Source of the DNA: Bacillota bacterium
GTDB taxonomy: Bacteria > Bacillota > Desulfitobacteriia > Desulfitobacteriales > JAJXUE01
Assembly: GCA_021786555.1 (NCBI GenBank)
Contig: JAJYNB010000108.1
Coordinates: forward strand, 1-43,347
DNA: 43,347 bases
Direction of reading: 5' to 3'
A program made the translations under genes and the position numbers. Below the pieces are notes generated by a model, which searched no databases, was not told the DNA's origin, and saw only the letters and a list, made by a program, of their open reading frames with translations. Below, one piece after another: positions 37,498 through 43,347 of the stretch (its first letter is position 1; the number at the start of each line of letters is the position of its first letter).

Positions 37498-38592
37498 ATG
37501 GAAGTAGCCATCATCGGCGGAGGAAACGGCGCTTACGCAGCAGCGGCTGATCTGGCGGAGAAAGGGCACAGGGTACGCCTGTGGCGAAGGAGCGCGGCAG
37601 AGCTGGGCACTCTTCTCGAGACCGGTGTGCTCAGACTACAGGATTTTAGAGGGGTACGCGAGGTTCAGCTGTCACTGGTAAGCCAGGATTTAGCTTGCGT
37701 TATTAAGGGCGCCCAGTTGATTATTGTGCCTTTGCCAGCCACGGCTCAGGAGTCAGTTTCAGAAAACTTGGCGCCATATCTGGAGGACGGTCAGGTAATT
37801 TATCTGACCCCGGGAAGCTTCGGCAGTTATGTGATGTCCAGGGTGCTGCGTTCCAAAGGGTGCAGGGCAGAGGTGGTGTTTGCCGAATCTGGTACTCTGC
37901 CCTATTTGGCCCGCAAGCACGCTCCTCAGACGGTGGTAATCTCCGGCCGGACCACCCGTCTTCCCACCGGAGTATTTCCCAGCAGCAAATCAGAGTATGG
38001 TTTTCCCATTCTGAAGGAAGTATTTCCTGCGGTGGAACCTCTGGTTGACGCTCTGGATGGAGCACTGATGAATGCCGGCCCGATTATCCATCCACCCCTG
38101 ATATTGTTGAATGCCGGACCTATAGAGCATTTTGAAAAATGGGATATTCACAACGAAGGCACACAGCCCTCCATTCGCCGGGTTCATGACGCATTGGATG
38201 CGGAACGGATCGAGGTGCGTCGTAAACTCGCTTACCCCGGCCCCCATTTTCCCCTGGCAGACCACTATGCCACAGAAGGGGAGGAATGGATGTACGGACG
38301 GGCAGCCCACGAAAAGCTGGTTGACAGCACCGACTGGCATGAACATCTGGACCTGCAGACCCACCGCTATATGCGGGAGGATGTGGCCTGTGGGCTGGCA
38401 CTACTGGTATCGGTCTCCGACTGGGCGGGTGTGCCGGCCCCGATGGCCCACGGTCTGCTGGCTGTCGCTTCGGCTGTGGCGGGAGAGGATTTAAGGGCTA
38501 CAGGCAGGACGTTGGAGAACCTTGGTTTGGCAGCTAAGACGCGGGAAGAGATGCGGCAGCTGTTGACAAACGGAATTGGGTTTGGCCTATGA
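37498..38592 (+). CDS. NAD(P)-dependent octopine/nopaline (opine) dehydrogenase-family oxidoreductase
   Basis: N-terminal Rossmann motif VAIIGGGNGAYAAAADLAEKGHRV. Length and helical C-terminal half fit that family. The assignment is by recollection of family features only. Confidence 0.55.
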   Translation: MEVAIIGGGNGAYAAAADLAEKGHRVRLWRRSAAELGTLLETGVLRLQDFRGVREVQLSLVSQDLACVIKGAQLIIVPLPATAQESVSENLAPYLEDGQVIYLTPGSFGSYVMSRVLRSKGCRAEVVFAESGTLPYLARKHAPQTVVISGRTTRLPTGVFPSSKSEYGFPILKEVFPAVEPLVDALDGALMNAGPIIHPPLILLNAGPIEHFEKWDIHNEGTQPSIRRVHDALDAERIEVRRKLAYPGPHFPLADHYATEGEEWMYGRAAHEKLVDSTDWHEHLDLQTHRYMREDVACGLALLVSVSDWAGVPAPMAHGLLAVASAVAGEDLRATGRTLENLGLAAKTREEMRQLLTNGIGFGL

Positions 38593-39578
38593 GAGAGAAC
38601 AAACCGGCCATAGCCGTAGTAGGACCCGGACGGATGGGAAACGGCATATCACAAGTCTTTGCCTATACAGGGTTTAGGGTTGACCTGATTGACATCAAGC
38701 AGCGGCCCAAGGCAGAGGCACAAACCGCTCTGGCTGCTGCAGCAAGCCAAATTCAGGGGAATCTGGAGTTTTTGGGGTCCCTGGGCTTGCTTCCGCCTGA
38801 GAGCGTGGAGAGCATCGCCCGGCGGATTAACTATCATGAACGCAAAGACGCCGCAGCGGCCCTTGCCGGGGCTCACGTGGTTTTCGAGGCCGTGCCTGAG
38901 GTACTGGAAATCAAGCAAGCCGCCTTTACTGAGATTGCCTCTGCGGTTGCCCCGGACACTCTCATTTCATCCACAACCTCGACATTTTTGGTGAATGAAT
39001 TGGCCGGGTATGTTCCTAACCCTGAGCGGTTTATGAATACCCACTGGCTCAATCCGGCTTATCTCATTCCAATTGTTGAAGTAAGCCCCGGGAGGGAAAC
39101 CAGCCCTTTGGCGCTGGAAAAAATGATTGGATTGCTGGAAAGCGCAGGTAAGGTGCCTATCAAGTGTTCCGCCTCCCCGGGGTTCATTGTGCCGCGCATC
39201 CAGACCCTCGTGATGAATGAAGCCGCCCGCCTGATTGAAGAAGGGGTAGCCACACCCGCGGAGGTGGACAAGGCATCACGCTTGGGGTTTGGCCTGCGCT
39301 TTGCAATTCTTGGTTTACTCGAGTTTATTGATTGGGGCGGTGGGGATATTCTCTATTATGCCGCCAACTATCTGCAATCTGCCTTACAGGACCAGCGTTT
39401 TGCGCCGCCGGCTATTATCAGCAGCAACATGCGTGAAGGTAGGATTGGCATGAAGTCCGGGCAGGGTTTTTACGATTTCAGCCAGGTGGATGTACTGCAG
39501 TATCAGCGGGACACCATCAAGAAGTTTGTGGATCTGCTGCAGCATCTGGGGCTGATGGCGCTGCCTGAAATCCAGTAG
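38589..39578 (+). CDS. 3-hydroxyacyl-CoA dehydrogenase (NAD-binding)
   Basis: IAVVGPGRMGNGISQV Rossmann motif. Typical core motifs (SSTTSTF, NTHWLNPAYLIPIVEV, PGFIVPRI). ATGA overlap with the upstream gene. Confidence 0.8.
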   Translation: MRENKPAIAVVGPGRMGNGISQVFAYTGFRVDLIDIKQRPKAEAQTALAAAASQIQGNLEFLGSLGLLPPESVESIARRINYHERKDAAAALAGAHVVFEAVPEVLEIKQAAFTEIASAVAPDTLISSTTSTFLVNELAGYVPNPERFMNTHWLNPAYLIPIVEVSPGRETSPLALEKMIGLLESAGKVPIKCSASPGFIVPRIQTLVMNEAARLIEEGVATPAEVDKASRLGFGLRFAILGLLEFIDWGGGDILYYAANYLQSALQDQRFAPPAIISSNMREGRIGMKSGQGFYDFSQVDVLQYQRDTIKKFVDLLQHLGLMALPEIQ

Positions 39579-39631
39579 GACTTGGTGCAGAGAGTGACAG
39601 GAAGTTAGATAATTCGGGCCGCCATAAAGAA

Positions 39632-39765
39632 CCGTTTAGGCTGAAAAGGTCAACCGTTTGGGTTTGGTTTTGTAGGTTTGCAACAAACCAGCGCTGATTA
39701 TTCGTTGATTAATCCATATACAAAAGGAAAGCGCACTGGCTAGAATGTAAATAGGCTGAATATTC
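39632..39765 (+). promoter_or_regulatory. Promoter/operator region B (colinear with region A at 30159-30311)
   Basis: CCGTTTAGG at 39632, CCGTTTGG at 39654, TTTGCA at 39677, TAGAAT at 39741 and GAATATTC at 39758. The anchor spacings are identical to region A. Confidence 0.5.
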
Positions 39766-39791
39766 TCACAACAGGAAGAGAGGAGATGTAT

Positions 39792-40685
39792 ATGTCGCGT
39801 CACAAGGTGGTGATTTCCCTGCCGGAAGCCGCCGCGATGATAAAGGATGGAGACCGGGTGGGTATCGGTGGCTTTGTCACCACCAACAAGCCCTTGGGGA
39901 TACTGCGAGAGATTATGCGCCTGCGGCGACAGGATTTGACAGTTGTTGCACCACCCTCAAGCATGGAAGTTGACTTACTTCTGGGGCTGGGAATGGTTAG
40001 GAAACTGATAACCCCATACCTGGGTGCTGAGGCTATCGCACCCCTCGGGCCTTTTCACAGCGGTTGGGCCGGAAAACACTTTGCGATTGAAGAGACAGAC
40101 CTGGGTACCCTGGTGGCGGGACTGCGCGCATATGCCCTGGCGCTGCCCTTTATGCCCACCCGAGGTATAGTGGGCACGTCGATTGCCAGCCTGAATCCAA
40201 CTTTGCGCCCTGTAGAAGATCCTTTTGGCGGTCCGCCCTTAATCGCAGTGCCGCCACTGGAAATGGATGTAGTCCTGATCCACGCCAGCCAAGCGGACTG
40301 TTACGGCAACGTACAGCACTTGGGTGCGGTGTTTCTCGACCCGTTGCTGGCCCAGGCCGGCAAAAAAGTCATCGTCCAGGTGGAAAAAATTGTTTCCTCG
40401 GAAGAAATCCGCCGCAACCCGGGAAATACCACCCTTGCCTGTGAGTTTGTTGATGCCGTGGTCCTGGCGCCCTACGGCGCCCATCCCATGGCGTCTCAAA
40501 ACTACTACCGGGTAGATGCAGACTTTCTCAACGAGTATGTGCGGGTGGCCAAGGCCTGTGTCAAAGGTCAGCCTGAGCAGTTTGAGGAATTTGTGGCCAG
40601 ATACATCGATGCTCCCGCCGGGCTTAGCGAGTACCTGGAGAGGGTTGGCCTGGAAAGACTATTTGCCTTGGGGGAGGGAGCTTAA
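39792..40685 (+). CDS. Family I CoA-transferase subunit A (glutaconate CoA-transferase GctA-like)
   Basis: N-terminus SLPEAAAMIKDGDRVGIGGF, 297 aa, followed by a B subunit. The ATG at 39792 follows RBS GAGAGGAG. Confidence 0.75.
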   Translation: MSRHKVVISLPEAAAMIKDGDRVGIGGFVTTNKPLGILREIMRLRRQDLTVVAPPSSMEVDLLLGLGMVRKLITPYLGAEAIAPLGPFHSGWAGKHFAIEETDLGTLVAGLRAYALALPFMPTRGIVGTSIASLNPTLRPVEDPFGGPPLIAVPPLEMDVVLIHASQADCYGNVQHLGAVFLDPLLAQAGKKVIVQVEKIVSSEEIRRNPGNTTLACEFVDAVVLAPYGAHPMASQNYYRVDADFLNEYVRVAKACVKGQPEQFEEFVARYIDAPAGLSEYLERVGLERLFALGEGA

Positions 40686-40687
40686 AC

Positions 40688-41467
40688 ATGCAGGCTACAG
40701 CAAAGGAATTGGCAGCAATTTTCATAGCCCGGCAAATCAACAATGGTGATTACATATCCCTTGGCACCAATTTGCCTGTTCCGGCTGCGGGGGTACTATT
40801 GGCGCAGATAACCCATGCGCCCGATGCCAAAATCAACGTGCTGAGCTATTTCGTCAACCTGGCGGGCATGGACAGTTTCCCGGACTTAGGCCAGATTGCC
40901 AACCCCAGTGTGGTGCGGTGGGCAGACGGGGTTATGCCGGTAGAGCAACTGATTTACGGCATCCGGCGCATGGACCTGTGCTTTGCCGGCGGGATCCAGA
41001 TCGACCGCTACGGAAATACCAATCTGATCGGTATCGGAGATGACCCTCAGAACCTGAAATTCCGCGGTCCGGGCAGCGTAGGTACCGCCACAGTGATGGC
41101 CAATTGCCGCAAATTCTTCATCTATACCAACGATCATTCACCCCGCACGTTCGTTCCCAAGTGTGATTTCATTTCCGCTTTTGGTTGGGGGGACGGAGGA
41201 GCAGACAGCAGAACCAGGCTGGGACTGCCCGGCGAGGGACCGCGCTTTGTCATAACCCCCAAGGCAATAATGGATTTTGACGAAACCAGCAAGGCTATGC
41301 GGTTAAAGCACCTCCTGCCTGGGACCAGTCTGGAGGAGCTGCAGGCAAGCGCGGGCTTTGAACTACTGGTCCCGGACCAACTGCCGGAGATGGAACCCCC
41401 CAGCGCGGAAGAGCTCAGTCTGCTGCGCACCAGGGTGGATGCCAAAGGGTACCTGCGGCAGACCTAA
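40688..41467 (+). CDS. Family I CoA-transferase subunit B
   Basis: 259 aa. Starts 2 nt after the subunit A stop. Composition is typical of beta subunits (GGIQIDRYGNTNL). Confidence 0.75.
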   Translation: MQATAKELAAIFIARQINNGDYISLGTNLPVPAAGVLLAQITHAPDAKINVLSYFVNLAGMDSFPDLGQIANPSVVRWADGVMPVEQLIYGIRRMDLCFAGGIQIDRYGNTNLIGIGDDPQNLKFRGPGSVGTATVMANCRKFFIYTNDHSPRTFVPKCDFISAFGWGDGGADSRTRLGLPGEGPRFVITPKAIMDFDETSKAMRLKHLLPGTSLEELQASAGFELLVPDQLPEMEPPSAEELSLLRTRVDAKGYLRQT

Positions 41468-41543
41468 GGCAGATTTCCATACCAGCTTCGGATGCAAGCA
41501 TGAAAAACGCTAGTCATGGGTCGGCAGGGGCAGTCGGGTGAAT

Positions 41544-41569
41544 GTGTCATGGGGACGCGTACACTGACA
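41544..41569. repeat. Degenerate solo copy of the MITE terminal repeat
   Basis: gtgtcatggggacgcgtacactgaca versus gtgtcagggggacgggtacactgaca: 24/26 identical. Confidence 0.6.
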
Positions 41570-41584
41570 GTAACTTTAGAGAGT

Positions 41585-41699
41585 GTGTGTCAGGGGGACG
41601 GGTACACTGACACTAGCTTAACCGAGTGGGAAGAGGGACTGCAGTCAGTGAAACGGTAAGAAAGGTTGGGCTGTCAATGTACCTGTCCCCCTGACACTA
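41585..41699. repeat. MITE-like element copy 1 (115 nt, 26-bp terminal inverted repeats)
   Basis: Left end gtgtcagggggacgggtacactgaca (41587-41612). Right end tgtcaatgtacctgtccccctgacac (41672-41697), which is 24/26 complementary to the left end. No coding capacity. Confidence 0.8.
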
Positions 41700-41938
41700 T
41701 TTGACCCGTGCTTTGACAAATCCGCCGCCAGCCGGGGTCCCCGCGAAATCTTTGCCCCAAATTGTGCTAGACGATTTCGTGGGGTGGACGAGGGGATTCC
41801 TTGGCTGACGGTCAGCACGGCGGCTTGGACTACCAGAACCGGGAAAAATTTTGCTCCGGAAACATTCAGCCTCCCTGAAGCAGCTAAATCTTTCGGGTAA
41901 CGTTTTTCATAATAGTTGATGCTGCCACAGGTTCATTG

Positions 41939-42053
41939 GTGTGTCAGGGGGACGGGTACACTGACACTAGCTTAACCGAGTGGGAAGAGGGACTGCAGTC
42001 AGTGAAACGGTGAGAAAGGTTGGGCTGTCAATGTACCTGTCCCCCTGACACTA
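41939..42053. repeat. MITE-like element copy 2 (115 nt), direct orientation
   Basis: 114/115 identical to copy 1, with a single A/G difference in aaacggtRagaaagg. Confidence 0.8.
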
Positions 42054-42108
42054 AGAAATTCTGTGGAAGAGTAGTTGCTAACTGGATAGAGAAAGGAGTG
42101 GTTTGAGG

Positions 42109-43347
42109 ATGGTGGACGCCAGTAAGGATTTAGAGGAAGCTTTACATGAGTGGTACCTAAAGAACGGCGTGGACCACTACCCTGTGGTGTCGACCAGCGG
42201 CGGCCTGCCTGTAAAGGCCCTGTATACCCCGCTGGAAACGGCAGGAACAGAATATATTGAGAAAATCGGCCTTCCGGGCGAGTACCCCTTTACCAGGGGA
42301 GTATACCCGCTGATGTACCGCAGCAAGGTTTGGACCATGCGCCAGTACTCGGGCTATGCCACGGCCAAGGAAAGCAACGAACGCAACAAATTCCTTTATC
42401 AGCAGGGAGTGACCGGGTTAAGTGTGGCTTTCGATTTGCCCAGCCAGATGGGGTACGACTCAGACGACCCGGAAATCGTGGATGAGGTCGGCAGGGTCGG
42501 AGTAGCTATCGATACCCTGGCCGACATGGAATTATTGTTTAAAGACATACCCCTGGATCAGATCAGCACATCATTTACCATCAACGCCATCACCCCGATA
42601 ATCCTGGCCATGTATATCGCGGTGGGCGAGAAGCAGGGGATTCCCCGGGCCAAGCTTACCGGAACGGTGCAGAACGATATCCTGAAAGAGTACTTTTCCC
42701 GCGGAGCATTTATCTTCCCGCCCCGCCCAGCCCTGCGCATGATAGCGGACACATTTAGTTTTTGCAGCCAGGAGATGCCCAAGTTTGTGCCGGTCAGCGT
42801 TTGCGGCTATCACATCCGGGAAACCGGAGCGGACGCGGTGCAGGAGATCGCTTACGCCTTTCTCAACGCCATGGCTTACATAGATGAGGCCCTGGCCAGG
42901 GGGCTGAACATTGATGACTTTGCGTCGAGGATCAGCTTTAACTTTGCCGCCCACATGAACCTGTTTGAAGAGGTTGCCAAATTCCGGGCTGCCAGGCGCA
43001 TCTGGGCCAGGCTCTTGCGCGAACACTATCAGGCCAAAAACCCCAAGTCGTGGAAGATGCTGTTCTTTGCCGGCACGGGCGGCAGCACCTATACCGCGCA
43101 GCAACCGGAGAACAATATCGTGCGCGGCACGATTGAAACCTTGGCCATAGTATTAGGCGGCGGACAGGCGCTTACTGTAAATACCAAAGACGAAGGTCAT
43201 GCCATCCCCTCGGCAAAGGCAACCCTTACCGCCTTGCGCACGCAGCAGCTTGTGGCCCTGGAGTCCGGGGTGACGGACACAGTCGACCCTCTGGGCGGGT
43301 CCTATTACATTGAGAGCCTGACTGATGGAATGGAAGCAAGCATTCTG
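42109..43347 (+). CDS. Methylmalonyl-CoA mutase-family (coenzyme B12-dependent acyl-CoA mutase) catalytic subunit, 3'-truncated by the window edge
   Basis: Absent from the ORF track because no stop lies in the window. My own translation gives YPFTRGVYPLMYRSKVWTMRQYSGYATAKESN, GLSVAFDLPSQMGYDSDDP, GTVQNDILKEY and CGYHIRETG, colinear with MutB as I recall it. The ATG at 42109 follows GAAAGGAG/TGAGG. Confidence 0.85.
   Translation, partial: MVDASKDLEEALHEWYLKNGVDHYPVVSTSGGLPVKALYTPLETAGTEYIEKIGLPGEYPFTRGVYPLMYRSKVWTMRQYSGYATAKESNERNKFLYQQGVTGLSVAFDLPSQMGYDSDDPEIVDEVGRVGVAIDTLADMELLFKDIPLDQISTSFTINAITPIILAMYIAVGEKQGIPRAKLTGTVQNDILKEYFSRGAFIFPPRPALRMIADTFSFCSQEMPKFVPVSVCGYHIRETGADAVQEIAYAFLNAMAYIDEALARGLNIDDFASRISFNFAAHMNLFEEVAKFRAARRIWARLLREHYQAKNPKSWKMLFFAGTGGSTYTAQQPENNIVRGTIETLAIVLGGGQALTVNTKDEGHAIPSAKATLTALRTQQLVALESGVTDTVDPLGGSYYIESLTDGMEASIL

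Noticed and set aside
41802-41817. TGGCTGacggtCAGCA with correct GG-N10-GC spacing between the MITE copies
   Set aside because: The -12 element lacks the TTGC context, and the sequence is mostly the palindrome GCTGAC-G-GTCAGC. There is no supporting EBP site, so the evidence is too weak.
41600-41929. About 110-codon open frame on the minus strand spanning the inter-MITE spacer and running into copy 1
   Set aside because: It has no ATG/GTG/TTG start with an RBS, no recognisable domain, and it reads through a repeat element. At most it is a gene remnant.
41544-42053. Possible CRISPR array
   Set aside because: There are only two full repeats. They are 115 nt long with terminal inverted repeats, are separated by 239 nt, and no cas genes are present. 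The pattern fits a MITE, not CRISPR.

Overview
All roughly 38 genes in this 43.3 kb window lie on the + strand. The window looks like an anaerobic aryl-acid / aromatic amino-acid catabolic island from a Gram-positive-type anaerobe. Supporting signs are strong GGAGG ribosome-binding sites, TTG/GTG starts, lipoprotein solute-binding proteins and oxygen-sensitive enzyme families; the taxon itself is inference.

Gene order:
- A 5'-truncated sigma54 enhancer-binding protein (EBP).
- A three-subunit molybdenum enzyme of the 4-hydroxybenzoyl-CoA reductase type. Its FAD subunit carries the diagnostic extra 4-Cys loop.
- A sigma54-driven operon: BadH-like SDR, BadI/MenB-like hydrolase, 4-hydroxybutyryl-CoA-dehydratase-family Fe-S enzyme, PaaK-type aryl-acetate-CoA ligase, a small ORF and a crotonase. 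These are followed by decayed crotonase and ligase fragments and a fused 2Fe-2S/Moco Mop-type oxidoreductase.
- Liv-type ABC transporter 1 plus an acyl-CoA ligase.
- An OmpR/histidine-kinase pair.
- A sigma54-driven FadH/OYE-type flavin-FeS reductase with two small ORFs, an ATC-hydrolase-like protein and a GAF-PucR regulator.
- Liv-type ABC transporter 2, iorAB, an opine-dehydrogenase-family gene and a 3-hydroxyacyl-CoA dehydrogenase.
- A two-subunit family I CoA-transferase.
- Two 115-nt MITE-like elements.
- A 3'-truncated methylmalonyl-CoA-mutase-family gene that the ORF track omits.

Main non-coding signals are three near-identical TGGCAT-N5-TTGCT promoters, a shared 17-mer near two of them, and two colinear promoter/operator regions in front of the transporter-2 and CoA-transferase operons. 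No rRNA, tRNA or CRISPR features were seen.
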